Assembly (NCBI RefSeq): GCF_018977255.1
Contig: NW_024704743.1
Span: forward strand, 57,476,001 to 57,540,000
Source of the DNA: Callorhinchus milii
Taxonomy: Eukaryota
Direction of reading: 5' to 3'
DNA length: 64,000 nt
Shown here: piece by piece, positions 10,961-24,464 of the stretch
Layout: the number at the start of each line of letters is the position of its first letter
How positions within the stretch are numbered: position 1 is the stretch's first letter
Made by a program: the position numbers and the translations under genes
The notes under the pieces: model-generated
The model's database searches: none
Told to the model about the DNA's origin: nothing
Seen by the model: only the letters and a program-made list of their open reading frames with translations

Positions 10961-13649
10961 TGTGGATTTTTAATGTGGCAGGTCTGCAGTCCTGCTCTGA
11001 GAATTTCAAAGTCAACCGCATTGCTTATATCATTGTCCATGGATAAAAAAAAACCCTGGTGAATATGACAGAGATATTCGGTGCCTAATTCGGGAGTTAA
11101 CAACTCATATCTTGTGTGTTGGGTTAACCACATACAAGAACATACAGATGTCATTAATAACCAATATAAAGATTTACAGAAAACATCTGGAATCCTTTCA
11201 TTGCTAGATAATTAAAGTTCCCTCGAAACATGCATTTGTACATGGTTAACTTAACCACGGTTGCCAAACCAACCCTCAGATTAAACTCCAATGTTAAATG
11301 TAATTGAGTCACACTGCAGAATAACTATAACCAGAGCTGAAAGGACATTCTCCATACTGAGATAGCTTATCATTCACCCAGGGTCTTGCACTGTAGGAAT
11401 GCAAGAATTCACACATACAGGAAGCAAAAAGGGAAGCAAAATCTCAGCCCTTTGAATTATTTTTCTTGTATCATTTTAGAATGGAACATCGTTTGTTTAA
11501 TTAAAAATAATGAACACTGACAGTTTGGGGATTAACTGGTCAAATGATTAAAAAGAGAGAATTCAATAGTTGCTCCATTCATTCAATAAAAGTACTCATT
11601 GGTTCATTTTTAGCTAACATTTGAAAGGATTTGGAAATAGATTTGCTTGAAAGTTAATCTGATTATTTGATACTTACTAACCGGAGACTTCTGAGCTTTC
11701 GCTTTTTGCCCCAAGCTCGCAAATGATTCATTGGTCTCCATAGTCTGCTTTAGATACAGATTTTTTTTTAAAAATCAAGTTCCGGTTCCACAACATTATG
11801 GGATATGGAAAGGATGCATAACCCAAGCACCAGTTATTACCTGATGAAACAAGTGTTCCAACATTTAATGGGAAACATTTTAAATAGTGAGTTCCTTGTA
11901 CTTTAGTAATAGTTATAAAATTATGCCTGTCTCACAATTTCATCGATAATATCTTTAACTGCAGTTAAAGTCTCAAGTGATTTTTTTGTCCAAAGGCGGT
12001 CCTTGTCATAGGTTTAGCATTCCGGGGTTTGGACATGGTCTTATCCTGCATATCAGCCCCAAATGACCTATTTTGGCTCAAATCCCAGCAAGACATAAAT
12101 GTTTAATCAGCCCTTCTCAAAGTAAGCTTGAGCCATAGCACAACTGCATCTCTGTGAGTGTGCTTATTTCACTAAAACTCCAGCAGTATAAAGATCTCTG
12201 TTAAATCTTCTTAGCCTCAGTTTATAAATCTAATGATGAATAGGGATGTCATTATTACAATGTAATGCATAGTCGGCTTACAGTAACATACACTGTAAAC
12301 GTAGTTTAATAATGATTGTTTAAACAGGTTTTGGTCTCTATCATGTTCAAATGTTGTTTCATTTGCAGAGGTAGCATTGCATTGGCAGATTGTGTGATGT
12401 TAATGCACCAATTGCTTCTTATGACACCCTCGTGTTTTCCTTTCATTGGGTGGAACAGATCCAGAATTACATTTGTGGAGTGTTCATTGTTTTAGGTCTG
12501 CGATCCTGATCAGATGCCTTCAGAAAAAAACGCAGCTGCATTGCAGATACAGTGAGGACTGGAAGTCACTATGCAAATAAGCAAGTGCTGCCGGTTCCAG
12601 TTACCACGGAAAGATACAAGAATGGCACCAGGGCTGATATGAGAACCACTAACAACTGAAAGAAGCAGCTTCTCTACTGTAGTCATTCACTGCGAAACGG
12701 TAAGGATCATATTTCTGATGTGATTTAAAAGGAGCTACAGTACTATTGACTGCAGCACTGTGCAGCACTCCTAGGATCGCACACATGAACCGCAGATACT
12801 GCTAACCATTCAGGCTTCAATGCTACTGCAGTTTACAACATTTGTTTTATCCTTTTAACAACAATTCAAAATATATGTTTTGAATAAATACATTCTGTGC
12901 AGAGTGCTGTTCTTAACAGTGAGTTAGGCCCCTCTAATTGCTGATAATGAAGCTGTTAAGAGACCTTTTAGCACTGTAGGAAATGTTCTTTAATGCATGA
13001 TGCATGAATTGTGAATGTCATAATGAGCATCTCTCGGCTGCCGGTGGCAGACTGTTATGGTAACATGATTGAAGTATTATCATTCCACTCAGCCCTGGCT
13101 GTTTTTATACTTTCCTCTTTTCAGTACTGCAGAAACCAAACACAATTAGGACAAAACAACTCTTGCATTGGTTGAAAGAAATGCATTTAAGCAATTGAAA
13201 GAATTAAATGCGAGATGGTGAACTTGGGATGAGCCAGCACACGTAAGGTAAATGAGCCTGAATTTAAGACACCCCATAGAGCTGCACTTAACAGAGTGCT
13301 TATGATTGACAATAAGAATGATAATAAGAATAAATGGAATCTTGTTGTTGTTGTTGCTGTTGCTGTTGCTTTGATTCTGCTTTTTTGTTTTTGTTTCTTG
13401 TTTGTTTCTGCTGACTGATGCTGGTGGTTTGTATTCCCTTTCTTACTGTTGTTTGGGAGCAGCTGTTTAGGACGTAGCTTTGTTGTCAATGCTCAATGGG
13501 GATCATGCTGCTCAGATTGGGACACAGGAAGCTGTTACTGCAGCTAATGGTTGTGTGACATAACTTCAATGAAAGGATTTTGCCAAGGTTTACGTTTAAA
13601 AATAATCGCCAGTCAAGAATACAAAGCAAGCCTAATTATTTCAGACACT

Positions 13650-13775
13650 CGATTACAAAGTACAGTCACTACACTTTACAGTAAAATCCTGTGAAACACT
13701 TTGGGACGTCCTCCCAATGTGAAATATATGAAATGCAAGGACTATTATATCAAATGCAAGGATTATTATCATATA
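13650..13775 (+). mobile_element. SINE 3' tail fragment
   Basis: ACAGTCACTACACTTTACAGTAAAATCCTGTGAAACACTTTGGGACGTCCTCCC...CAAATGCAAGGATTATT. Confidence 0.8.
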
Positions 13776-13969
13776 AAGTGAAATTCCACAGGAGAATGTC
13801 GAAGTTTCAGGTTTGCCCTTAAGTCCAAAAGTATGGCACAAGTCTGTCTTAGTTACAATTCTAGATAAGCAGAAAGATCACTTAATAATTACGAAAACAG
13901 TCTATCTGCATTAAACTGAGCAAATCTGCTGGTATTAGAAATTATAGTACTCTATTTCATTTTGACTTA

Positions 13970-14325
13970 TAATAATTATAACTTGATATTGCACCTTTCA
14001 AGTCGTGTCACAAAATGCTTCACAGGCTGTTATGTGAAGTGCAGTGTCTCTGTACTTTTGTAGGCAAACACGACAACTAATTTTTGATTAACAATTTGTA
14101 TAAACAACAAACATGATATGAATGCCCAATTTTATCTGGAGGATTGCTGGTCAGGTCACTGGGAGAGACTCCCTTCTAATGTTGAACAGCGCTGTGAGAC
14201 CTATAACGTCCAACTGAACAGGAAGCTGGGACCAAAGGATGGCCTAGACTGTGAGCTGAAAATTTCAAAGTGGGGCTTTGAATGCACATCCTTCTGACTC
14301 AGAGGCAAAAATACTACCAATTTAG
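13970..14325 (-). mobile_element. Deu-domain SINE, degenerate
   Basis: AACGTCCAACTGAACAGG and TTCTGACTCAGAGGC match the 8770 copy. Confidence 0.75.
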
Positions 14326-14639
14326 GAGGCTTATACTACTTCAGAGCTGCGGAATGGATGTTATCTTGAATTAATTCTGGATATCGTAGGGCAAATAGAA
14401 CTAAATCTCTCCCCCAAAAATGTACATCCTGTTTATATTTTACTTTTTATGCAGAAACATGTAGTTTAAACTGGGCTTGATTTTTAAAGGGAAACAACTC
14501 AGTTTAATCATTTTTCTCCTATGATTACCTAAGTTTGTGAATTGAAACATGAATACAGAAGGAAAAGATTGCTATCGAGCTTTCTCTTTATCACAGGAGT
14601 TTGTCTAAAGACTATCTTCTAATGTCTAATGACTATCCT

Positions 14640-14757
14640 ATTAAGGGATATTTGACAAGGCAGTTACCTGGACTTGAGTTATAGATCAGCCATGATCGTA
14701 TAAAATGGCGGTACAGGCTTGAGGGGCTGATTAGCCTACTCCTGTTTCTATGTTTCT
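14640..14757 (+). mobile_element. CR1 3' end
   Basis: GATCAGCCATGATC...AATGGCGG.ACAGGCTTGAGGGGCTGA...CCTACTCCTG, as at 38185-38270. Confidence 0.8.
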
Positions 14758-14769
14758 TGGGGCTGAGAT

Positions 14770-15080
14770 GAGCTTTTCTGGTGCTGAGCTGACTCCAAGG
14801 TGACATGCCAGTCAATGAGATATTGGTATCACGTTGATCCTCTGTGGCAGTCTTGACTCTCTAATGCCTGAGCCAGGTGGACACACAATAATCCAGGGCA
14901 CTGTTGATGACAGACCAGCCAGCCTATCTCATCGGCATGTCTTGTTGGGGCAGACCAGTCACTGGGCACAGGGATTCTTCCCACTTGGCTCTTGTTATTA
15001 TTATTATTAATATTGTTAACCCTGAAAGCCAAAGCCATAATGGGTAAGATGGTCCTAGCTGGATGAGTAGTGGGAAGCTT
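14770..15080 (+). repeat. Family U, 5' portion
   Basis: Aligns with 34890-35190 (CCAAGGTGA, CCTCTGTGG, CCTGAGCCAGG, GGCAGACCAGTCA, TAATGGGTA). Confidence 0.7.
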
Positions 15081-16339
15081 GTTAGACAGGAAGTAAAAAA
15101 AAGTAACTGCTTGTTCACAAAACTGTAAAAGCAATTCAAAATATCTGCCTCTGTGTGATGAAAAAGTGATGCCCTCATAACTTTGAAAAATATTTATGGA
15201 AGGTTGGAGTGTCGTGCATGATTTTCTTCCTTTTATGAATGGAGTCGAGGACATTTAGCATAATAACTAAAATTGCAGTTTTGGGAAGAAAAAGAGAATG
15301 CTGGAAATCTACAGTGAGGTGCATCAGCATCTGAAAGAGGAAGATAGGTTCATGTCAGCTTTCATCAGAGGCAAGTGATATAATGATGATTTATTGTCTC
15401 ACAATTTATGTCATTGACTCTTTTGCTTGGTAACAAAATAAAGATAACTTTCTTAAAGACTAATTCATGAAGATAATGTCATTTAATAAAATGCCAGTAT
15501 CAAAGTCTGAAATGAAGGGGTCTAATGTGCAGTAATTTTAATGGAATTCCTGTTAAAATTCACATTGAGCTAAAGGACTTACCGAGGAACAATATCGTGT
15601 TTGGAACTGAGTTGCTACTGGTTTGCATCATGTACTGACAGTTCAGGAAGCAATCCCTTCCTGCTTACCTCAGATTTCCTATTAAGGAATATCATTATAA
15701 ATAATGCAAGTTAGATCCCTATATTGTTAGCTAAAGATTGCTCTTACAATTGCTGCCACAATAAAGTAGGGTAAGCTTACACCATAACAGGGCAAGCGAA
15801 GTACTGCATTCAGTAACCGATGTATACAACAATAAACATGTAGTTGGTGACAGTGGCACATAGCCTTAGGATTGTTAGCAGAAAAATCAAAGGAGAAGTT
15901 AGAAGGAATTTCTTTACTCAGAAATTCAATATCTCGAAATGAAAGGCACTTTGTAAATGCAGTTTGTTGTTGTTGTTGAATTTCTTTCACATTGTTAAAA
16001 TCACATTGTGGTATAAATCAGGACAGCTGGTTATTGAGGCTGGATCAATATTAACTGTTCAAAACAGAACTGAAAAAGCACCTGAGAAGTATAAACATTA
16101 AGGCATATGGATAGAGAAAGAGATGGTAAGAGGGGTTAATAAAATAGGCAATTAAAAAAAGGTGGCAGCAGCACAGATCTGATTTACAGAGTAATCACTT
16201 CAGTGCTGAAGTGTAAATTCAGTGTATTTCCATTATGAAAGTTATCATTTTTGTTGTTCCTTTGATTGTTTTGAGGGTAACATTCCTTCTTTTTCAAGAT
16301 ATTTTCCCGCGGATTCTGCTTATGCCCTATAACTTTTTT

Positions 16340-16635
16340 GGATCAACCGGGTGTCTGACGAATACAGCAAATCATTGCCTTGCTAAATCGAACTGAGAGT
16401 TGTACATATGTATGCCACCTATACATGGAAATTTTCCTGTGTCTGGAATAGAATGTGCATGTTCTCCATTGGAAAGAGAACATACACCCTGCTTACCTAA
16501 TTTTGGAAAGTATTAGGCGCAAGTTGATATGAGCCATGGCTTGGGCACCCAAGAATGTGTGTTGGGGTACTACCAGGGTTTAACCGGCTAAAACCACATT
16601 ACTTGCCACTGAGAGCACTGTCTGACAGGCTTCCG
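16340..16635 (-). repeat. Family U, inverted copy
   Basis: ACTGAGAGTTG...ATGCCACCTATACATGGAAATTTTCCTGTGTCTGGAATAGAATG is the reverse complement of 48415-48485. Confidence 0.7.
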
Positions 16636-17849
16636 ACTTTATGATCTCATAAAATGGTCAAACAGACACAATGGGCTGGATGGCCATCTCCTGTTCCTTT
16701 GTTCCTACTTCTATTAATAAAAACTGGTTTGTGCATCCAATAATAAAATTATAATGCTGACCTCATTTTGTTTAGTCTTGGTATAATTGTAAAATAATGT
16801 TAAAAGAAAGCATCCTATACCTAGATTGGTTGCAGCAGGCTCAATATTTGGATTGTCAATTTTAAAAAATACAGGTGAACGTCATAATGCACAACAATAT
16901 CTCAGACAAATGGCATGATTTATAATAAATCATTCCAATATCATTAACATGAACATCGCTTCATGAAAAAAAAATATTCAATCATCTGAAAGCACTTTTG
17001 GATATTGCTGTAGTTTGATTCCTTTTGCAACTCGATGCACTAAAGCTATTTACACACTATGGATTTTTAGGGGCTCTTAGAGAAAATGACTTTTCTTATA
17101 CTAGTTACTCAGAGGTAAATGTGGTATGTCCTAACTAAAACTCAAACAAAGAAAGAAGTTAGATCAAGAAAAATAGTGGAATCTAATATGCTATATTTCT
17201 TACTGTCATGGGACATGAAATTATGTTATGCCAATCTATGGGAACCTCTGATACAATGTAACAATAATCTCTGCATTCAATATAGCACTTATTGTCAAGA
17301 TGTCTCAAAGGGCTTTACTGTGTAGTGCCCGTGGTTTTGTAAGTGAAATGTAGATAATTAAGAAATGTTGCAAATTACACCTGTGTTACAAGCATCCACA
17401 GATGTGTGCTTTGTGCAGTGAAATAATGTGTACTACATAATTTCAGGACATTGATGGCAATAGTTAAATCACTAACATTCTCAATGTAATTTCTAGACCA
17501 TACTTGAACAATCTACTAAAATATTTTCTTTTTTAAAAGTAAAAACGTTGAAAAATTATAAAATAGATTTTATTTGACTTGTGCTATCACTATCATTGTG
17601 ATTGATATCATATTCTACAGGGATCAAGCAGAAGGCGATCCCAATTTGAATTTGTAATAGCTTCAAGTAACACTTTTATTTCTAAAAGCATTTTAGAAGA
17701 CGCAATGGATTTTATGGGTGGGATCCAAAAAATTCTAACCCGAACTATAGCGAGGTCTGATAGCTTGTTTCACTGGTGCATGTGAATGGAAGCCACATTG
17801 GAACCACATTATAATCACATTCACCCTTAAAGAAATGTAATACACTGTA

Positions 17850-18330
17850 TTGTATCTAGCCCTGTCTCCAGTCAGGGCTCCATTTGCCTCCCTGTCATCT
17901 TCAATCTCTCCACTAATTTCGACATTGTTGATTCCATTGTCTCTCCTCCTTGATACACCTCTATGTCTCAGTGGCCTTTCCCTACCCTACCTCTGTGATT
18001 TTTTACAATTCTATTCCCCAAACAACTTCTTCTGCTCCACCACCTGTGGCCTGTTTCATGTCCCCTGCCTACTCCTCCCCACCACCAGCAGGTGAGCTTT
18101 CAGCCACTTTGGCCTCACTCTGGAACTCTCTTCAAAAATCCCTTTGTCTTGTGTCTTCCTTCTCTGCTTTCAAAAAGCATTTAAAAACTTATCTCTGCAA
18201 CCGCATCTTCAGTTACTTTACTTCTCTTATGTCCCTCCTTGTTTGGGCTCCTACTCATATTTGTAGAGTGCTTTGAAACATTGTCCTACAGGAGAAACTC
18301 TATATAAGTGCAAGTTATTTTTGTTGTCAG
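17850..18330 (+). mobile_element. Old L2 3' fragment
   Basis: Translates SLWNSLQKSL...FKKHLKTYL; ends GTGCAAGTTATTTTTGTTG. Confidence 0.75.
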
Positions 18331-18724
18331 CAGCCCATAGATTTATTCAGTTGAAAAACATAAGTTGCAGTTATGGCATAATCCTTTTAAATATACATAT
18401 TGCACCTTCAAATGCATGTACTTTGGAGAGAAAGTGAAACACACGTACGCTTCATTTCCCCCCAGATAAGCAAAAGCCATCCACTGTTAAGTGATTTTGT
18501 TTGTGGCTTTGGTTGCATAAAGCAAGAATCAAGGGAGTGAAATTCCTCTTGTGCCTAAGTGTAGAAATTGTGATGATGTGTGGTTATGATGGGATTTGCC
18601 TTTGCTAAGCTGTCACAATTAATGTTGCTGCAGATAGTGGCAAGATGAATATTATTGGCCTGGGAAGAGAAAGAGATTATGCTTCAGATAACCTCAAATT
18701 ATGCTGTGAATTTCTCTTGGTGAT

Positions 18725-20240
18725 CAACAACAACAACATCTTGCATTTACATAGCAGCCCTCACACAGGGCAGAGTCCCAGAGCGCTTGGCAGTGGCAGA
18801 GTCACGACACCAAGCCGGGGCAAGAGGGAGGTGACCGTGTGCACCGTTGAAGAGGAAGGTCTTCAGGCATAACAAGAAGATGGGGAAGCAAGACGGAGGG
18901 ATAGAGGAAAAGTGTTCCAGAGTTTTGGGGCGTAGTGGCTGAACGTTGGAACGGAGGGCACAAGAAACATGGAGTAGGTTGAAGCTAGTTGAGCGGAGGC
19001 AGTGAGTAGTGGGTTGGGGGGCAACCAGGTTGGAGAGGTAGGGAGGTGCCAGGGCATGAAGAGATTTGAAAATAAGTGTGAGGATCTTGAAATCGATCCG
19101 TTTGGCGATAGGGAGCCTGTGGAGTAGGGCTAGAACTGGTATGATGGGGGTATGGAATTTAGTGCGGGTGAGTATGTGGGCGCCAGAGTTTTGGATCTGC
19201 TGGATCCTGTACATGATGGAGCAGGGGAGACCAAAGGAAGGAAAGGAAGGAAAGGAAGGACAGCTGTGGGTTGAACCTAATGCCTAGGTTGCATACTGGT
19301 TTGGTAAGTCTGAGGGATAGGCCGGGGAGGTTGATGAGGTTAGAGCCGCAGGATAGAAGACGTTGATGGAAGCCAATGAGTATGGCTTCCGTCTTGTCAG
19401 CATTTAGTTGCAAGAAGTTTTGGCTCATCCAGGCCCTGATGTCCGCCAGACAAGTCAAAAGAACATCAGCGGACCTGGAGTAGCAGCTGGAGGAGAAGTA
19501 GATTTGTGTGTCATCCGCATACATGTGCATACATAAAAACAAAATAATAAAACGTCAATCTACGACTGTTTGTGGGACACTGGTGTGTGCAATTGGCTGC
19601 CTCGTTTCGCCCACAAATATACAGTCAATTCACTGCGAAGTGCTTTGAGATGCCTAGAAGACGTGAAAAGTGCTCTATCAAATGCAAGCATTATCATTAT
19701 TATTATGTGTGGAAGTTTTCCCCGTGTCTGCAGATGACATCGCCAAGAAGGAGCATATAGATAAGGAAGAGGAGGGGCCCAAGAATGGAGCCCTGGAGTA
19801 CACCACAGGTAACCGGGTGGGGACGGGAGGAGAAACCATTTGAAGAGATAAAGTGAAGGCAGTGTGTAAGGTAGGACTCGAACCAGGCTATTGTGGTCTC
19901 TCTAAGTGGATGAGGGAGGAGAGGCGGTGGTTGCGGATGGCATGGTCAACTGTATATGGGGGAGAGGTCCAGGAGGATGAGGAGGCAGAGGGAGCCCTGG
20001 TCACAGATATAGAGGACGTTGTTTGTGACCTTGACAAGAACCATCTCTGTGCTATGGGCAGGTCAGAAACCAGACTGGAGGGGCTCGAGGAGGTAGTGGA
20101 GGGAGAGGTGAGAGCAAAGCTGGTTAGCCAAAATGCATTTCAGAGCTTTGGTAAGGAAGGGCAGGTTGGAAATGGGATGGTAATTTGTGAGGTTGGAGGA
20201 GTCAAAGGTGAGGTTTTTGAGAAGAGGAGTAACGACAGTG
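18725..20240 (-). mobile_element. L2 subfamily B, degenerate, with nested SINE
   Basis: [47 protein letters not shown] and an (AAC)n tail. Confidence 0.9.
19535..19705 (+). mobile_element. Short tRNA SINE 3' half nested in L2
   Basis: CAATCTACGACTGTTTGTGGGACAC...GAGATGCCTAGAAGACGTGAAAAGTGCT...(TTA)n, inserted beside the YADD codons. Confidence 0.85.
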
Positions 20241-21104
20241 ATCATTTATTATATCTCATTGGTGAAGGCTTTTTCATAATTGACTTGTCTCTCTGATGAG
20301 TGGAAGAATATGAGTAATTCTGAACAAGCAATTCTATTGAGTTTTCTAGCATGTTTTTGCAATGATTTTGTGTCCTCAATAGAAGATAACTGCCTGTGAA
20401 AACCATAAAAACAGTATCTGTACGCAGCTAGTTATCTCTTAACTGCCAGCATTGGGTGATGTATTCTGGAAAAATTCCAGCAATTTCATTGCATTGTTAG
20501 CAGATTAATTGAAAGAGCTATACACATCCATACTTTAAATCAAACATGTTTTTAAATAAACTGAGAAATATCAGCCACGCTGCAATAAATGGAACTCAGC
20601 ATTGAATGCCCTGACCCATATTTTGGAAAAAAATGTGCTTAGCGTCTCAGTACTGTTTTATAGGCATGTTTTCCTGTTTATGACACACTTCCGATTGCCA
20701 GAAAGAGTCACTATATGCAACTGTTTTCACAGATATTGCACTTTAGATTCCAATTTCACAAAATTTGAGTACACTTTTTTATAATAGGTGGAATACATGA
20801 TTACCTGTAAGTCTTGTACATGGAATACAGAATGTCCAGAACTCACTGTCAGAGCATTTTCTGATACCCTCATCTATCTCTGCAACAATTTCTGGTTTCT
20901 ATTCCATATCTTCAGAAAGTCCTCTTGATAACAATGACATAATTGTAAGTTTATTCTAATTGTAGTACTGATTTTAGTTACTGGATGGCAGTGTGCAAAA
21001 ATTGAGCACAACACTGCTGCTTGGTTTCTGTTCGAGCAATATAGAAAGCAATATTAGTGTACATCTCCATTCATGGCAAAACTCCCATGTCACAGCAACA
21101 ATGA

Positions 21105-22350
21105 AATCATAGAATCGTACAGCACAAAAATAGGCCATTCGGCCCATCGAGTTTGTGCCGGCTTTCAATAGAGCAATTAATGTCAATCCCACTCCCCCAG
21201 CCCTTTCCCCATAACCCTGCAAACCCGTCCTCCTCAAATACCCGTCCACCGCGTTTTTAAAAGTAGTTATTGAATCGGCCTCGACCACCCTTTCAGGCAA
21301 TGCTTTCCAGATTCGAACAACTCGCTGCGTGAAAAAATGTCTTCTCACCTCCCCTCTGCTTCTTTTAGAGACTATTTTGAATCTGAGACCTTGAGTCACC
21401 GACACACCCACCAATGGAAACAGTTTTTCCCTTTCTAACCTATCAAATCCCCTCATGATTTTGAAGACCTCTATTAGGTCTCCTCGTAACCTTCTCTGCT
21501 CCAATGAGAATAATCCCGGCCTCTCTAGCCTTTCCTCATAATCAAGGTCCCTCATTCCTGGTACCATCCTCGTAAATCTCCTCTGCACCCTTTCCAATGC
21601 CTTAACATCCTTCCTATAGTGTGGTGCCCAGAACTGGGCGCAGTATTCTAACTGAGGCCTAACCAGTGTTTTATATAGGTTAATCATAACCTCCTGACTC
21701 TTGTACTCTATGCCCCTATTTATAAAGCCTAGTATCCCATAAGCCCTTTTTACTGCTTTATCTACCTGTCCTGCCACCCTCAAGGATTCATTTACCTGCA
21801 CCCCCAGGTCTCTCTGTTCTTTTACCCCCCTTAAGATTGTATTACCAGCCTATATTGCCTCCCTTCATTCTTTCTACCAAAATGTATTACCTCACATTTC
21901 TCCACATTGAAACTCATCTGCCATGTGTCTACCCATTTTACCATTCTGTCTATGTCTTCCTGCAGTTGGCTACTATCCTTCTCACTGTTTACTACCCAAC
22001 CTAACTTTGTGTCATCCGCAAACTTGGAAATGGTGCTTGCTATACCCAAGTCCAGATCATTTATGTATATTAAGATGAATTGAGGGACGCCACTGTACAC
22101 TTCCCTCCAGTCAGAAAAGCAGCCATTCACCAGAACTCCCTGCTTTCTGTCTCCCAGCCAGTTCTGGATCCATGCTGCCACTGTCCCTTTTATACCATGG
22201 GCTTCTGTCTTTCTTACAAGTCTTTCATGTGGCACTTTGTCAAATGCCTTTTGAAAGTCCATATAAACTACATCAACTGCACTACCTTTATCCACCCTCT
22301 CCGTTACCTCATCGAAAAATTCTATTAGATTTGTTAGACAAGATTTATGC
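21105..22350 (-). mobile_element. CR1 LINE, 5'-truncated
   Basis: SCLTNLIEFF, DFQKAFDKVPH, SKFADDTKL, LVRPQLEYCAQFW, LERVQRRFTRM, RRLRGDLIEVFK, FFTQRVV; tail GATTCTATGAT on minus. Confidence 0.95.
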
Positions 22351-22611
22351 TGAGCTCTCATCTTTACATGGTCATTCTGATGTTGAGAGAGTGGAAAAGA
22401 AAAGCAAAAGATCTTAAAAGTAAGACGAGAAGCATTAAAATGTGGAACAATATTGAATTCACAAAAGAGAAAAATGAAAGGTAAACATCGTATGGACATA
22501 CGAAAATAAGTGGTTTTGTTTCACTGAATTGTTTTTAAGCCATAATTGACAGTAATCCAATTCTGAACAAATACCTTGAGCACTGCTTGAGAAATACACC
22601 TTTCATCTGCT

Positions 22612-22678
22612 TTCCAGTGCCTTGGGACGTCCTCCCGACGTGAAAGGCGCTATACAAATGTAATGTTGTTGTTGTTGT
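22612..22678 (+). mobile_element. L2-A terminal stem-loop plus (TTG)n only
   Basis: GTGCCTTGGGACGTCCTCCCGACGTGAAAGGCGCTATACAAATGTAATGTTGTTGTTG. Confidence 0.85.
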
Positions 22679-23044
22679 GCTCCTAATATTACCCTTACAA
22701 ATTAAGGAAATTGGAGAAAACACTGAGGCTGGTTACTGTAAATAAGAGATGAAATGAAGCCTTTGAACATTAGGCAATCAATGTTACTCCATGATGACTG
22801 ATCCTTAGATGAGAGCTCAGCACAGATGGTGGTGTTCAGGTACTTCAGACCATGTTACATGAAATATTGATTTACCGCTTATATATTTATTGATTCCGAT
22901 TCTTAAAAAAAATTATCTTTTTCATGCGTTTTAACCACATATGTCATAATAGTAATGATAATCCTTGAATTTATTATTGTGTCTCTCATGTCAGGAGGAA
23001 GACGTGTAGTGCCTGTGTATTCTGTATGCAAAATGTATATATGT

Positions 23045-23170
23045 CAGCCTGGCTGAGTTAGTAACATTGTCGCCTCGGAATCAGAAAGTTTTGGGTTCAA
23101 GCTTCATGTCCAGACATTGAACTCACAGTTCAGGTTCGACACTCACAAGGTGTGCTGGAGTGCGATGCTC
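23045..23170 (+). mobile_element. Deu-SINE tRNA head fragment
   Basis: TGGCTGAGTTAGTAAC (A-box) and GGGTTCAAGC (B-box); reverse complement of the minus-strand copy heads. Confidence 0.65.
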
Positions 23171-24132
23171 TTCTTAAACTTGATTTTTGGAAATATTTGA
23201 TTCAATTGTTCACTCAAAATAGCAGTACCACAGATTTGTGCCCCAGAGACTAGTCCTGGATCCCTGTTGTTTATAATATTCAGTAGGAAGTAGAGAGATA
23301 TTGGCTTTGTGCCAAGGCAGAAGAGACATGAAAGTAGATTGAATAAGTCCATGCATGTATAATACATAAATATATTTTATATATATAATAAATGTATGTG
23401 TTTATATAAATGTACATATAAATGACTGATAGTGCCTGAGCTGAATGATTTCAATCTTGTTCAAAATTAAATGGTATAGGTTTAGGGAAAATGTTAGCAT
23501 GGAATCAGTAACAAGCAACTTGCTGAGTTTCACAACCTTTCTCACAGACTGTCATTTTTAATTTTGTATTGAATTATGAATTGTTTAGGCAGTGATAATA
23601 ATATTCACCGCCAGAGAAGAAACATTAGTTAATGTCGGTGCATGCCTGTCAAAATAACAAAACAATCAAAGTTAGTTATCTCAATTTCACTGGCAATTAA
23701 GCATTCTGTCAGAACACAAGTTCTATTCTGTGAGAAAGCTCTATTACAAAGAGCAGGATACTGCACCCTGTTGACAAATAGAGTTTGGGCCAGTCATTGT
23801 TCAGAAACCGCAGATACCATGTACAGGAAATCAATTCTCCAAATAATATGCAAGGGTTGGTTTGGCTCCAACAGTAGAAGAAAATTTTACCAATAAAGTA
23901 TGTTCTGAAAACTGTTTGCGAGATCGATAGCTGAGTGGTATGGCCATTTGTGTTTAATTTGGTTTGACGAATAAGCTTGAATAGTCTCATTCTTATCTTC
24001 AAATCTCTCCATGCCCTTGTCCCATCATCTTTCTGTGATCTCTTACATTTCCAATTCCCAACTACTCCTTATACTCCACCACCTCTGACCTGCCTTGAGA
24101 AAGATGCTAAATCAGCATAGATTTATATTTTG

Positions 24133-24430
24133 TGGAGTCCTGTAGCTCAGTGGTTAGAGCACTCGCTTTGCAAGTGAGAGACCTGAGTTCAATTCCAGGC
24201 AGAGCGAAACCTTGGGCAAGTTTCCTTACTCCACACACCTAATAATAATCCCTCCAAAAACAAAAAACAATAATAAATTGGTCATTTTCAATCTACGACT
24301 GTTTGTGGGACATTGCTGTGCGCAATTGGCTGCCGCGTTCACCCACAAATATACAGTCAATTCACTTTACAGTGTGTTCTGTGAAGTGCTTTGGGAAGTC
24401 CTCCCGACGTGAAAAGCGCTATATATTATT
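24133..24430 (+). mobile_element. Young ~310-bp tRNA-Ala-like SINE (family S)
   Basis: A-box TAGCTCAGTGG, TGC anticodon loop, B-box GAGTTCAATTCC, L2-type tail. Near-identical to the 31722 and 61462 copies. Confidence 0.93.
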
Positions 24431-24464
24431 TTCTTTCCAGAAACCAATTCTACCATACAGTACA

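Noticed and set aside
13187..13489. 100-aa ORF with basic and hydrophobic segments
   Set aside because: Produced by low-complexity repeats and an L2 tail.
20974..22499. 275-aa and 222-aa ORFs as host genes
   Set aside because: CR1 ORF2 fragments with a frameshift and run-on into flanking DNA.
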